NCBI RefSeq assembly: GCF_964355755.1
Contig: NC_092678.1
Location: 8,386,422-8,450,421, forward strand
Reading direction: 5' to 3'
Origin: Antedon mediterranea
Taxonomy: Eukaryota; Animalia; Echinodermata
Length of the DNA: 64,000 nt
Shown: positions 13,901-27,162 of the stretch, piece by piece
Layout: the number at the start of each line of letters is the position of its first letter
Position numbering within the stretch: position 1 is the first letter of the stretch
Notes under the pieces: model-generated
Told to the model about the DNA's origin: nothing
Databases searched by the model: none
Seen by the model: only the letters and a program-made list of their open reading frames with translations
Position numbers and translations under genes: made by a program

Positions 13901-16900
13901 TAATTATCGCTACTCTAATAATATGAAATTGCATTATCGAAGGTCACGTATATTGAAACCCTCCTCTCTCATTCATTCATTATATATTGATCCTTTTCAA
14001 TATTTACATTTAAACAAAAAAACTGAACTTGTGGAGATCAGTGTAAACCTAGTGACCTAAATCACTGTAGCTGAGTCGTTTGACCCAACCCAAATTCAGT
14101 TTATACTGTACCTTAAAACGGGGGAAAATGAAGGAGGACGGGCTTATAGGACTGCAACATCAGGTCCTAGTCCCAGACAAGTAGACACATCATGACTATC
14201 GAATGGAATAAGGCCTGTGTCCACTATAGGCCTTACGGCGAAGCTGAAATGATGCCTGGAAAAGCAATCCCGTTCCTCATCAAGCATAATACTTTTTTAC
14301 CACATATACTGTTCTAAATAAATACTAATAGTACAAAAAGTAAAAGTTCCACAAAAAAATACCTGGCGTTTGGTAGAAAATTACCGTTAAAATTGGTAAA
14401 TATGCCAACGATTTTTTACGAAATAGCGAGGCTGAAACAACTGGTGGCGCACTATAACTAGACTGTACTATTATTATCACGGTTTATAAGAAATATATAG
14501 GCAAGTTATTTATTATCAAAATAGATTTATTCTTTATTTTTTTAAATAAATTTGGTGAATACAAATTTATATTAACTCTAAAATTAAAATTTAGAGTTAA
14601 TAATTATCCCCCGACATTAAAACATTTATAATTACAAATGGCTTCAACTGTTCGTATAATGGTTTCTCCCGACAGGTAGGCTATTAATAGCAGTAGAAAT
14701 ACAGCAGCAATATTATGCGAAGTTTATACCGTAGGATGTACAGAGTGACTGATATGATTTAACTGTGAAACATATAGAACACATATTCCTAGTAATAAAT
14801 ACCAATGCAATAGTAAATTTAAATTATTAAATAAAATACAAACATCAAATATTTGTTTTGTTTCAATGTAATTGTATTTATTCTCATGGTTAATATTTTT
14901 GTTTATATTCTCATGGTTACACAATTTCTTTTAATGGTTACACAATTTCTTTATATTCTCATAGTTACTATTTTTCTTTATATTCTCATGGTTACAGTTT
15001 TTATTATTATATTCTCATGGTTAAATTATTTATTTATATTCTCATGGTTACAGTTTTTATTATTATATTCTCGTGGTTACATTATTTATTTATATTCTCA
15101 TGGTTACAGTTTTTATTATTATATTCTCATGGTTATATTATTTATTTATATTCTCATGGTTTCCATTTTGTTTTCATTTTTTTTAAATCTTTTTTTTTAT
15201 TCACATGCTCACAGTTTCTGTTTGCATAACCATGGTTAGTGTTTCACATTGGTTATAGTGTAGGCCTATTACATTACAGTTACTTTTTATGATGATTTTG
15301 TTGCATTCAAAACCGTATAAACTACATTTCATATTCATCTTCCTCATAGTCTAATTCACCATAGTCTAATTCATCATCTTCAATGCCATAGTCTGGTGTG
15401 TCTTCTTTTTCTTCTTCTTCTTCTCTTGTCCTGTTTTCACACTCATCTCATTCACACTCGAACAGTTAATCCTAGAGCAAGTGACTTTGGAGTCTGCCTT
15501 CTTCCTTTCCAAGCAAGGTACAGGATGTCCTGGCATATCGATAAAATTTTCGTTCGAGTTTCTTCAGTAACATCTGAAAATGAGGTTTGTATAGTATCTT
15601 CTGCAGCACCAACACACTTTGCGATTAGATTAAACAACTCATATGGCACAATTTCAGATATGTCAACATCATTAATGTCCGCTGCTCTTGGAGGCCATTC
15701 ACTCTGCATACCTTTGTTTGATTTGATGGCATTATTTACTATCGTACCTGCAAGTACATTTTATAGCATTGGGTGAATGAAACATAGTAATAATAAATTT
15801 ATATTAAGCATATACTGTATTGTGTACAGCATTTATGATCGACACCACTTACTATCATAACAGTTTTGTTTTTTGAGTGCATACAGCTTTCACCTCGTTG
15901 ATCCACAGCATTTCCTTAATTATGCAATAACATTTATTGTTGTTATTTAAAAATAAACCAATATATACAAGTTATTGTATTTTAACCGTACCTGCAAAAT
16001 ATAGAGTCTTTAGTTTGTCTCTATTGTCACCATCAGTGGAGATTTCGTGTGTTGTAGAAGTAGTTGGAATATCTATGTCATACTTTGATGATTCATCTGT
16101 CTCCGTTGTACTTTTTCCTGATGACAAAAATGGATCAGCCACAAATCCTAGGGATACATTGCTAAAGTACACCAGAACTGATTCATTTCTAATTAAGAAA
16201 AAATAAATAAAATATTTAGTTTGACCAATCCACAAAAAGATTTTTTTTTTTAAATTATCCCTGGTGAAATAATCATTTAATATAAACACACTAAGCAACT
16301 AACCTTCTTGTGGGTGAATGAAAAATTAGGTTAGGATAATCCATCCTGAGCTTCTTCTTCAACACGTCTGATCTATAAATAACACATTAATTGATTATAA
16401 TTAATTGTAACACAGATAAAATGAAGAAATTATTACAGTAACTGGATCTCAAAAATATTACAAAATTATTTCATCCTTTTTAAGAAGGGATTGACAGCCT
16501 ACCTTATAGTTGACAAGTAAACTTTTTCTGTTTTTTCAATTGATTTCATGAAAAGCTTTTGGAGTTTTGCGAGTCTTAGTATCTCCTGTCCATACTGTAA
16601 CCGTTTATCAATTACATCTCTGCAAAATACCTTATAGCTTTGCTTATATGTTAAAAAAACACTTTCCAATTCCCTGTAAATAATAATAAATACTGTATTA
16701 TTAAAATATATTTTAATATTTTATAGATTTTGGTGTTTAAAAATTCAACATTTAGACTGAAGCAAATAAAAAAAAAATTTAAAATGTAAATTTAAAAAAC
16801 CAACAGAGTTTTAGAAAGTTACGTTTTACTCACTTTCCAGAATCATGTCGTTTACGTGAATTAACAACTATTTTGGTGTAGTTTTTGTAACATTGGTCAT

Positions 16901-19645
16901 GATATCGCACTTCAATACAAGCACAGCTTTTGCCTCGAATGTCTTTTAAAATACTTTCGTCCTCTCTCATTTCTGCAGCTTTTCGCAACATTCCTGTCAT
17001 AAATCAAATCAACAAAAGCAATAGTGTGTAATTCCTAAATGATTGAAATGATATTTTGTTATGCATAACTACAGCATGGAGATATAAAATGTATAGCTCC
17101 ATGATTACACTATATAGCAAAGGTTCACATGGAAGAAATGTCCTGGAACACCTCATTATGCTGTACAGTAGGAAGGTTTTCTAATTGGATTACATCAGTT
17201 GAGCCTGCAAAACTCATTATAGGATGGGGATTAGAAAGCAGATTGATTAATTAACCATATGTTTACAAATTTCAAGGATAGGAGAAACAACAATAACAAG
17301 TGAATTTTTTTTCTTCAAATAATTACCTGCATCATCTGTTAAAGCCTTTCTTAATTTATCATGACCTCTTTTGCCTTGGATCGTCACTAATTTGTCTTGC
17401 AATTTACAAATGATACATTTCTTTGGCAAAATTGTGGCTTTTTGAACCATTGCTGTGGCTGAACTACTTCTCAAAAAATGCTTGGCCCTCTTAACTGGTG
17501 GCTCATCTGGGCTCTCACTGTCTCCTGCTTGGGATCTCTTTTTGGCAACTCTTGTTTCAGCCTAAACATCAATTTCAACGTATAATTAATTTATACAGCA
17601 TTTTATTTTGTCTTATATAGAGCCTATATTGGTATTTAACTAAAATTAATTTTGTAGCCTACTGAATAATATATACTGTATAATATAATATGGCCTAGGC
17701 CTAGGGCCTAGGCCTACGTAGTAGTACTGGTACTAGTAGAAAGCCCAATCAACAACCAAGCACAGAAACTAAGGGCACAATATAGATCTATAAGTAAGTG
17801 CAGTAGCACCCTATATACTGTATCATTTAACTATATTATTAACTCTTAGAGTATTCTGATAATAATAAACCAAATATTACCTTTTTTAGTCGAGATGTAT
17901 CAGTATATCGCCTGTAACAGGTAGCATGAAAACCTAAGCCTGGATGCTCGCGTACGACATCGTCAAACGATTTACCTTCATCAGACATACCAAGCTCCGT
18001 CAAATGTATGGCGATTTCCTTGCCGTCTCCATCTAATTTTATCCAACTCTTTGAACAGAGCAACACTTTATTCCATCGAATCTCAGTAATTGGACTGATA
18101 ATTTCATTTGAATGCTTGTAAATTTGGAAAAAACATTTCAACTTTACTTTGTCTGAGCGAGAAGATCCTTCCTCGTCGGACGCCATTTCGTGTTTACATC
18201 GTGCTGATTTTGACGTCTGCTGCCTAAACGTCGCGTATGATTGGTTTAACTGATGTCATGTGATACAAAATGGCAACTGCGAAAATATATTCTTTTATAC
18301 TTTTAAAATCAAGATTTCTTTAAAATGTCAGGAAAATTTTCGTGGAACTTTTTAATACGTGATTAATTTATTTTTATGTATATGAATCAAGAGAGTTCAC
18401 TTATTATGCTTAATGAGGAACAAGAAAAAATGTTTTCATCTTCACCGTAAGGCCTACTAGTTAACAGTATTATTGTTTAGTATGCCTATATTGTGGTCGA
18501 TGATTTGAGCGTATCAGCTGACAGTTTTTCGACATTTCACTTATTGTTATAAAAGATATATTTATTGTATAAAACCTATATAAGTCACTACAAAACTCTT
18601 CAGGAAACAGACGGTATGACCACGAACGATCAGTCAATTTTGTTAATGCTATGATTTTTTACGGCTGATCTTGATGGGCGGAAAAGAATACACTTTACAG
18701 GGTTAGGTTTGAAACATAACCCTGTTAGTGTAATTTCCGTTTTTATTTATGGATCCGATCGTCCGTTTTCCAGATCGTTTGATAACCTCTAGGCTACCAT
18801 TATGCCTTTAGACAATGCTGATCAGGCATAGCCCAAGTACACGTAGTACTGACCTACATGGTGGTTCATGTATCTATCGATAAATCAATTTACACCTATG
18901 ATCATACACGGGTCAAGTGTGTTTGTGACGAATACAATAAACATCACTCAGTAGCCCTGCGGGTAGTAGTATTACTATTAAGAAAGATTGTTATCAAGGA
19001 GTAAACTAATTATTTGTATACAATACAACGTATATTTTTATTTATATGACAGAAAAAAACAAGTGAATTGATTTGATTTGAATAGGCCTACCCCATAGTA
19101 AGGAAACCAGTTCGTTTCCGCATTAAAACTGTCAAACAAAATACTGACTGTAAATAATTACATTGAAACCATTTGATTTATGGTTGTGTTGAGATCATTA
19201 TTTTGAACAGTATAGAATGTACATCATGTCACGTCACGAAGACAATCCGTCTGATGCCAAAGATGCCAAGATCTAAGTTTACTAATTTTCATTAAAATGC
19301 CGTTATTTACCATCATTTTACGTAGGCCTATAATATACAACCACCACTCACGGTAGTTTTCTTGAGAATTAACAGATTCAATTCTACATACAATAGGCCT
19401 ACGTTCTGGTCTCACTTGACCTACGTTTCTCCCTCCCTCTAAAGCAACAATTATTAACAGCGTTGAACGGATTTAAATTACGCACTGTATATTCTAAATC
19501 ACACCACTCACTCACATCTCAGTTCTAAATCACACCACTCACTCACATCTCAGTTCTAAATCACACCACTCACTCACATCTCAATAAGAATGGTAAACCT
19601 TACCTCAACCATTTCTTGGTCTTGTACAATACCTCCATTATCCAT
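4848..19645 (-). CDS. SLC23A: SLC23A-family (SVCT/nucleobase-ascorbate transporter) gene, 5' part; continues beyond the left edge
   Basis: Phase-consistent GT-AG exons 19645-19604 (candidate), 11191-11051, 10246-10089, 5557-5460, 4912-4848. They encode ...MTYGIEDRPPIHLTFFLAFQ|HFLTMFGSTLAVPLVLFPAFCLERDLVAQSEIIGTTFFVSGLVTLIQTTIGIR|LPIVQGCTFAFLTPTFAIM...EEWQSRITE, matching SLC23A1/2 TM1-TM3 including the QH motif. Confidence 0.93.
5460..5557 (-). CDS. SLC23A: SLC23A-like exon (LPIVQGCTFAFLTPTFAIMTLREDCQ)
   Basis: ccctag|...|gtaggc, phase 2 to 1. Confidence 0.92.
5870..6370. repeat. Decayed tRNA-derived SINE copies (one +, one -)
   Basis: Similar to the core (AAAGAACC...TTCG...AGTAGGGG...CCGGTGTA) of the intact SINEs at 40469 and 47828. 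Confidence 0.5.
7031..8190 (+). mobile_element. Putative non-autonomous Helitron inserted in the first unit of a minisatellite
   Basis: A|TCTATATATA 5' end; 3' GGTACGCGAGCGAAGCGAGTA hairpin-like motif; no TSD; satellite unit at 7004-7030 resumes at ~8190; canonical CTRR end is degenerate. Confidence 0.45.
8191..9066. repeat. Minisatellite, ~14 units of ~50-65 bp (AAACCTCGGTTTGCAAACTTGAGTATAAC...)
   Basis: Directly visible tandem units with length variation. Confidence 0.9.
9102..9406. mobile_element. Foldback MITE
   Basis: TTAGTCTAGG...CCTAGACTAA ends; inner inverted arms GGGGGAGCGGAATGTTAAAGGCTGTCAACATAGCCAGATAT. Confidence 0.7.
10089..10246 (-). CDS. SLC23A: SLC23A-like exon (HFLTMFGST...QTTIGIR)
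   Basis: 158-nt exon, taatag|...|gtaagt. Confidence 0.94.
11051..11191 (-). CDS. SLC23A: SLC23A-like exon (VNFSKEPE...YGIEDRPPIHLTFFLAFQ)
   Basis: Donor gtaagt is clear. Acceptor ttttttatcatcaaaag chosen for phase 0; an alternative AG lies at 11176-11177. Confidence 0.85.
13040..13235 (+). repeat. Decayed tRNA-derived SINE
   Basis: B-box GGTTCGAATCCC followed by the AAGAGAGTGGGGGATCCCGGTGTACTG core. Confidence 0.5.
14870..15240. repeat. ~28-30-bp tandem repeat (TATATTCTCATGGTTACA...) inside the Academ element
   Basis: Visible tandem units. Confidence 0.85.
15452..18186 (-). CDS. Truncated Academ transposase N-terminal half, 7 exons, 477 aa open frame
   Basis: Exons 18186-17881, 17561-17327, 16993-16834, 16673-16503, 16372-16304, 16188-15992, 15747-15452, all GT-AG and phase-consistent. 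Motifs FHATCYRRYT, CIIC, EVRYHDQCYKNYT, LSICQDILY...TPKSLALGLTVR. Confidence 0.75.
19492..19583. repeat. 31-bp tandem repeat x3 (TTCTAAATCACACCACTCACTCACATCTCAG)
   Basis: Three near-perfect units just downstream of the candidate exon A donor. Confidence 0.9.
19604..19645 (-). CDS. Candidate first coding exon A of SLC23A-like gene (MDNGGIVQDQEMVE)
   Basis: ATG...GAG|gtaagg phase 0, compatible with exon 11191; GC-box/CCAAT motif ~120 bp upstream. Confidence 0.55.
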
Positions 19646-19766
19646 TATGCCGTTATTAAATTGTATACCAACTCTACCATGTATTACAACGTGTTGTCTT
19701 TCACTAAATAAACTTTAATCGACTATCAATACTAAATCTGTCTAAACGAAAGACCCAAACCGCTTC

Positions 19767-19793
19767 TAGGGCGGTGCCATCATCTGATTGGCT
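19767..19793 (-). promoter_or_regulatory. GC-box + CCAAT-box module (TAGGGCGGTGCC-N5-CTGATTGG)
   Basis: Near-identical module at 23034-23058 upstream of candidate exon B. Confidence 0.4.
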
Positions 19794-22700
19794 AATCATG
19801 TTAAAGCTCCATGACGTTACAAAGATAATTCGGAGTCTTTACTATTTTATTATCAGGGGATAGTTAATAACTCTTTCCTTATTATATATACTCCATACTC
19901 TGGTATAAAGGAGGAGGAGAAATGTCAACTTGTACGCCTAGTCTCATAGGATTTTGTTGACATGGTGATCTCATCCTATTATCATTTGTTGCATTTGATT
20001 GTGATCTTGTAAAACGTTCTAAAAAAAACTATACATAGGCCTATTATATTAAGTGAAGTATGTGGAATTGAAATACTTAGGTATCATTACATAATCGCTG
20101 TAATTGTCATCATGGGTAAACTGCGTCCCTTACCATTCTGGAATACGGTGCTCTGTGTGGTATCCAATTTGGTTCCCTCCTCCCTCACAATGGCAACGCA
20201 TTTCCACAAGAGGTCTCTTTCCCCCGGTAAACACACTTGAAAGTAAAGGGATTATCTCTCCTTCAATCATCCCTCAATAATTTTCATCTTGAAATTGATT
20301 TTTCCATACTATTAATGTGTAGGCATATATATTTTATATTCATATCCCGTCACAAATCTCAATCCTCACTTTATGGAATGATATTTTCTAATTTATACAT
20401 TTGATTAAGTTCGCTTTTGACAATCCATTTACTTTTTGTATTGTTTAATATTTATATTTTGTTTTGCCAAAATTTGTAATACGTAAATAAAATCTCAATG
20501 GAACGTATTGACTTAAAATAAGGTCACGTTTAAGCTATCGTAATTACGTAATTGACTATCAGAAAAGTATATTATATTCAAATCGTCGTTTGGCGATGGG
20601 TCATTCTATTTACTTTTTCATTTTGAGGTTTAAATGGATTATTGAACTATCGCGTCTGATTGGTCAATTCTTTGCGTTGCGTATTACGTCCTTGCGTTTC
20701 GTTCTAGTGAAAACCACGCGAACGGCAGTGTCAATTTTACATCTGAATGATGGATAAATTAAAAGAATGTACTGTACGATAAACTCGACCATACATTAAA
20801 TATCTGCATCACACGTTCCATTGATTCAAATCTTAAAAAGAATCCCAGGGGGCTTGATATTGAGATGGGTTTCTTTTCTAGATTACTTTTGTAGACCAAA
20901 GAGAGGGGATTCTTTTCGAAAAAAAAACAACCCATGGACATCTTTTCGAGGTTTTATGGTAATACAGTACAATGTTTTTACTATTTGACAAATAGATGGC
21001 GCTATACCAGGAAAAGAGTGAAATGACAATTTGTAATGTCACGCTTCCCTGACTATTAACATCTTTTTGACACAGTATAGTCGGGAGAAAATGTTGTTGC
21101 ATCAGTCATTTAAATATAAAAGACATTGATTAGTCCCTTTATTTTTAAATATAGGGATTGTTCAGTCTATTATTGGTGAAGATAACAAAGATTGGGATCA
21201 AAGACTCAAAAGAGTAACCATAGTCACAATTGATAAATGACCTAAGTTCCCCTAGCATATATTGTTCTAATGACTTATGGTTACAAAATGACTGAATGCG
21301 CTCATGTTCTACTGAACATGCCTCTATACTAGTATATACTAGTCTATACTATACTAGTTTAAACTATATGAATAAGCCATCATTGCCATAACAATAGAAA
21401 AGGCATTGGGATGAATACGTGAAAGCCTGGTGCAAGACTTAGAACTTACACGAACATCCGCCATGAAGACGTATGATATTAAATAATGTAGGCCTAATAA
21501 TATAGTATTATAAATATGAAATAGAAATGTATACTGCAGAGTGTGTAGATATATTTATTTAGAAATAGGGCCTACAGTATATGTATTTTAATTGAAATTC
21601 CACTATTTTTATGTGTGACATATTGTAGCACCATATTTAAGCATCACTACCATATTTGGGTAAATCACACTTTTTTTAATAGTTTAGACAGAGCTTTCGA
21701 AAAAAAGTGATATCTAATGATATTAATTAACACGCTCTAATGCACTTTCATAATATTGAGAATTGTTTGCTGGCGACTTCTTTGTTTTGTTGTCGTTCGG
21801 AAATCAATGTGTTGTGCGCGCCGTATCGCAAAGCTGGAGCACTTCCCAGCCTAGCATTCGTCAATGATTTACGATGGATAAATTGAATAAAAGTAGGTGT
21901 GCTATTAAACAAATAATGAATGTTTTGTATTCGTTTGAATGGAGAGAATATTATTTCATTCGATGAAAAAAAAAGCTTCTCTATTTTTTCAACTCGGCTT
22001 CTCCTCGTTAGAAAAATAGGGTAGGAGGCCTAGTACGATTTTTTTTTTTCAATTTTTCCATCCAACTCATAAACATTCATTTTTGTAATAAATCAACAGA
22101 ATTGCTGGAACGAAATAGTGACTTTGTTTCAAATATAGTCACATAAACATCACCTAGGCGTATTCTAAAATTATTAATACTAATTAAACATTAGTTTTTT
22201 AAATATTACCAGTCGTAATTAGTATTGTTGCATTACAACAAAAATACAGTTGTCTCTGTCAAACAAACACAATGTAAGCTTAACACTCCATTTTAACCTA
22301 CTGAAAACGCAAATAAAAGTGCACGTAGATTATTTTTTTTAATTACCTTAGATGATGCCGGTAAACGACCATATTGCGAGCGGCTTACTGCGGTTATCAT
22401 AATCATCGCTAACATAAAAAATATATATAATAAAAATAATATACCTCAAACAATATCCTCGTGATTATTAATCGTAATAATATAACAAACTTTTAAAATA
22501 TTGTTATATATTCGGGAATACAGCATTAAAATGTGTTTTCAGAGATATCGCCTATAGTAGGCCTATTTGTAGACCATGCTTGACCTTTAACCTTTTACGT
22601 GATACAGGCACAACATGTGACTGGTATGAGATGCTGTATTACCAAATATTCCTGTGATACTGTGCAAATATTGTAATGTGAAGATTCAGCACTTAGAAAT

Positions 22701-22914
22701 CGGGTGTCTCCGAACCCTTTTCTGGCCCAAGAGTCGATAACTTTCTAAAGGACCCCAATGGAAATAACCTCGTTTTTGGGCTATCCTGGAATCTCAATAA
22801 AATGCATTTCTCTGTAATGTCAGTATTGTTGTATTTTAATACTAATTTTCTAAAAAAATTCAAATGAATTTATTAATGCAGCTTTGGATTTGTTATAATA
22901 ATGATAAAGCTTAC

Positions 22915-22950
22915 CGCCGCGACCATTTTTTGCATCGTACCATAATCCAT
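22915..22950 (-). CDS. Candidate alternative first coding exon B (MDYGTMQKMVAA)
   Basis: aaaATG...GCG|gtaagc phase 0; peptide resembles exon A; same upstream motif. Confidence 0.4.
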
Positions 22951-25900
22951 TTTGGTTTAGGAGTTGAGACTACGTTTCTGTACTGTTGACTTTTACTAAT
23001 AGTCGATATGTCGATGAAACGAGATTTTTACGTTAGGGCGGTGCCCTTTCCTGATTGGTTTATCGGAACTCTTTGTCGAATATTTTGGTATTAGGCCTAT
23101 ATGCGTTTTATTCGGAGTATTTTTTATTCGGAGTCATGGATATAATTTATTTATTTGTTATCCGAGCCTAATTAAATTTTACTCTAAATGAGACGTAACG
23201 ACAGACGTGCACAGAGAATATGCCTAATTCGGTTGAAGGCAAAAATTAACTCGACAACCGACAGTAGGTTACCCGCCGGGTTAGATAGCCGCCAAGGATA
23301 ACCAATGACATGGCTGTTGTACTTGAACGTCATACGTTTTGTCACCATCGGCACGCATCTAAATGTGATAATAAAGAACCATAGGTTGTATTTATATAAT
23401 AACCGGTTCACCTCCATTTTTGTAGAATTGGTAGTTAGTTGCTTCTGTTCAATGTGGTAAATGGGGTCATAAGTGTTGTATATTGTGCTTTAGAGAGCGG
23501 ATTATCAGAGGTATTTCACTGAGATCAAATCCAATCGTTAAAAATGTGAATAATAATTATTATTATAATATTATTACATACTTCCTTCTTTTTAAATTCA
23601 GTCAAGTTTAGATATTGAGTTTATGAAACAATTACAATCATTATAGTACTATGCTATCCAAAATAGTTAATAATAACATTCGAAACTAATTAGGCCTAAC
23701 ATTCAGCTTCCATAACTTTTCTTTTTTCAAAAATACATTTAACAACAGATTTTCATAGGACTTAGATAACTCTGTACAGTATTATGAATATAATTTCGGA
23801 AATAACTTGTATTTGACATGCTAATTAGCCCAAGTATGCAAATTAGAGTAAGATATTCAGTCACCAGGTATCGTCATAAATGTTTGTTCAATAACAAAAA
23901 AGCGGGACGGTTGGAATTTTTTAACTATGTTTTGTACGAGCAATAAATTCAAACTTAAATTCAGTCTTATACTTTTTAGTTTCTTTTATTAAATTTCTAA
24001 TTAGGGCTGTTTCAGACTGATTTACTGTAAGAGCAAAATAAATTACAGTAAATCACAAATTGATAGAGCTTAGGTCAAACAATTAAAATGATTAAGATGC
24101 CTAGGCCTATAATATTATATCTATCCAAAGTATAAAAATCAAGCTTACCATGACATAGGACTTCCTAGATAACATAATTGCTACTGTAGTAGGCCTACTG
24201 AAGTTCTACTAAGTTTACACACATCCGCCTTACAATGGCTTAGGCTGTACTGACTGCTAGCATTTCAAAAAGCATTTTTATCTAGCCACCGAAGCATGTA
24301 AAGCTAAGTTATTAATTGAAATCACAAAAGAAGGACATTGCACTCTCCCTCATTATTATTGTAATTACAAAAAAAAACCCAAAAAATGTCCAAATTAAAG
24401 TTTGTTAACTAAATTATGGGTTGAATTTCTCTAAATGATTAAGTTAGATCTTCACAAATATTTGTAGTCTTTAGTCGAATCTTTTTAAAGTCCATTTTTT
24501 AAATCTCAAATATTACAAAGACAGTTACAGTATCATCTTCTAGATTCACGCAACTTGTCAACTGGGTGCAACAGAGTTTTTACTTTTACTCGTACCTCAT
24601 ACATTTTTCGGGGGAGGCCACATCATTTATAAGAGTGTTTTCAATATTAAGAACTCTAGTACCACATCGTCTACCTTGGTATTTCAATTCTCTCAAGCTT
24701 CAACCAACTTTTCCGTTTTTGTTGACGCACCGGAACTGGACTTGACGCCACCCGTTTAATGCGAAGAATTATAAGCAAAGGGAAGCCAGATCGAGATCGA
24801 GATCGAGATCATCAACAGATGATTAGTGATGGTTAGAACTATGCACTCTCGGGCTATACAATAGGCAGACAGAATGTAATACCTTTCTCTCTAGAATGGA
24901 TACCATAGTTCCTTCCGATTTGACAACATTTGCAATGAATCCCTTCCAATGGAGCAGCAATTATGTCATGAGGTCATACGTAGTAGGCTAAGTAGAGAGT
25001 AAAAGTAAATTCTTGAAATGAAATCATCGAAATTCAACAACATTTATAACCCATTCACTACTTGTTAGCCTACAAGAATTCTGCTGCATACTGTACCCAT
25101 TTTAAATATATTTAAAATGTTTGATTCGCTCGAATATATTCGCTAATGGAAAAGAGGCTTAAAGCTTTAACTTTAGCTCATGGATTATTAATAAGGTATC
25201 AGTGCTTTCTGGATCTTTGAATAAATTTAGGAAGTCAGTCATGTAAAAGTTCATATAAATATAGGGGTCACAGCTTCTTGTTGGCCCATAATAAGGAGAG
25301 AATTTTGAACCAAATATGGCCTTGTAAAGGTTTTCCAAGGTACGGTACTCTACTTTTAATTTTAAGGAAGGTGTTCTACTTACACCATCAAGCCAAGTAG
25401 TGTTTTAGTTGCTATGGTGTATTTCGGATGTATATTGGTAGATAATCATCGTCCACATTGTTGCAACCAACTTAGACAGCAACAGACGACGAAACTTCCT
25501 GTATATAGTGCGTAGGGGGTGGAGTAGATGTTCGTTTCCCCATGATAATTCTACTTGAAAGAAAGAAAGAAGGTTGCTTTTTGGATTCATAAAAGCATAG
25601 CTGATGGTTGACTTTCAACCAACACATGTATAATCGGCAAAAGCAAGAACAAGGTTTGAAATATATTTGAATTCGAGAAAACGAAATATTGTTGTCTGTG
25701 ACTATCCCTATGCTCCACTGGCGCCAAATTGGATACACTGGAGCACAGTGTAGTAACATACTAACATTTCTTTTGAATTAAAAGAAAATTAATCCTAGAA
25801 TTAAATATATATTTCCTGGTATATTTATTATTTAAGTTGCTCAATTTACAGGAAGAAAAAATCGAATTCCTAACCGGTTTTTTTGTGTTTTGTCAAAATC

Positions 25901-26104
25901 ATTATTAGAGTTTTAAAAAATGTGTCGGAATTGTATGTTATTTCATAAGTATCTATCTTAAACAAACGCAATTTATTAAAATCACTAATGTGACTTGGAA
26001 ATAATTTTTCTTTTGTTTTGCGGAAGGAGTAAACGATATTGAAAATATATACCAGGTTTGAAATATTTTTGAATTCCAGAAGTATTTTTTCTCGATGTTT
26101 TTGT

Positions 26105-26760
26105 ACGTGACTATTTCGCTGTGCTCAACTGGCGCCACATTTGATCCACTGGAGCACAATGTATTAACATACGATCACTGTGCTCCCTTGGTGCCAAATT
26201 GGGTCCACTTGAGCACAATGTATTAACATACGAAAAGATACTAAAATTCAGTGACTTATTTCTATTTTATATTACTGTGCTCCACTGGCTCCAAATTGGG
26301 TCCACTTGAGCACAGTATATTAACATACGAAAAGATACTAAAATTCAGTGACTTATTTCTATTTTATATTACTGTGCTCCACTGGCGCCAATTGGGTCAA
26401 CTTGAGCACAGTGTATTAACATACGAAAAGATCATAGTGACTTGTTGTATTTTATACGGTATCACTGTGCCCCTGGCGCCAAATTGAGTCCACTTGAGTA
26501 CAGTGTATTAACATACGAAAAGATATTGAAATTCAGTAACTTATTTTTATTTTATATCACTGTACTCCACTGGCTCCAAATTGGGTCCACTTGAGCACAG
26601 TGTATTAACGTATGTTTCTATTTTATATCATTGTGCTCCTGTTGCCAAATTGTTTCCACTTGAGCACAGTGTATTAACATACGAAAATATATTAAAATTA
26701 GTGACTTATTTCTATTTTATATCACTGTGCTACACCGGTGCTAAATTTGGTCCACTGGAC
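26105..26760. repeat. ~98-bp minisatellite (ACTGTGCTCCACTGGCGCCAAATTGGGTCCACTTGAGCACAGT...)
   Basis: ~8 units, some deleted, each with an internal palindrome; isolated unit at ~25700-25760. Confidence 0.9.
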
Positions 26761-27162
26761 CAGTTACCGGTAGTAGGCCTACATTTCTATTTCGGAAGTA
26801 AATAAAGGCATAAAAGCGGCCCTCCGTAGAAGTAGAGAATGCTCGATCGTCGTCCTCTGCATGCTCAATATACCTCATCGTCAGATAATTAAACGGCCGC
26901 GGCCGGTTGGTGGCAGCATGCAATTTTTGGCACGCAACAATACCACCATGCCATGCGTTGTTGCGTATCCAGTCCAGCCAGTGGCGGTCGGAGAGTAGAG
27001 AGGAGTCGTAAAGTGTGGTGGAAATAGGCTGCATAGGCCTAGGTTCGCGGCACAAAGTAAAGAAAGAGATCCGAGATGATTTGTAATGAACAGAACGTAT
27101 CCAACTTCGTCAAGTAGTTAATTAAGTCCTTCAAATTGCGCATAACATTATACTTATTCGTT

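Larger units (their letters stand above)
14227..18456 (-). mobile_element. Academ-superfamily DNA transposon, internally deleted, in SLC23A intron 1
   Basis: CTA TSD (14224-14226, 18457-18459); TIR TAGGCCTTACGG(C/T)GAAG(C/A)TGAAA; TAG...CTA ends with a 3-bp TSD; internal transposase-like gene. Confidence 0.8.

Noticed and set aside
14853-15239. Hydrophobic ORFs that look like membrane proteins
   Set aside because: Translation of the 28-30-bp tandem repeat
14227-18456. RAG/Transib-like transposon next to Artemis (proto-V(D)J system)
   Set aside because: Ends are TAG...CTA with a 3-bp TSD, not CAC/RSS-like with a 5-bp TSD; no RAG1/RAG2 motifs seen anywhere in the window
26741-27055. MEIG1 orthologue head-to-head with Artemis, as recalled for human
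   Set aside because: No MEIG1-like motifs found in the minus-strand frames examined
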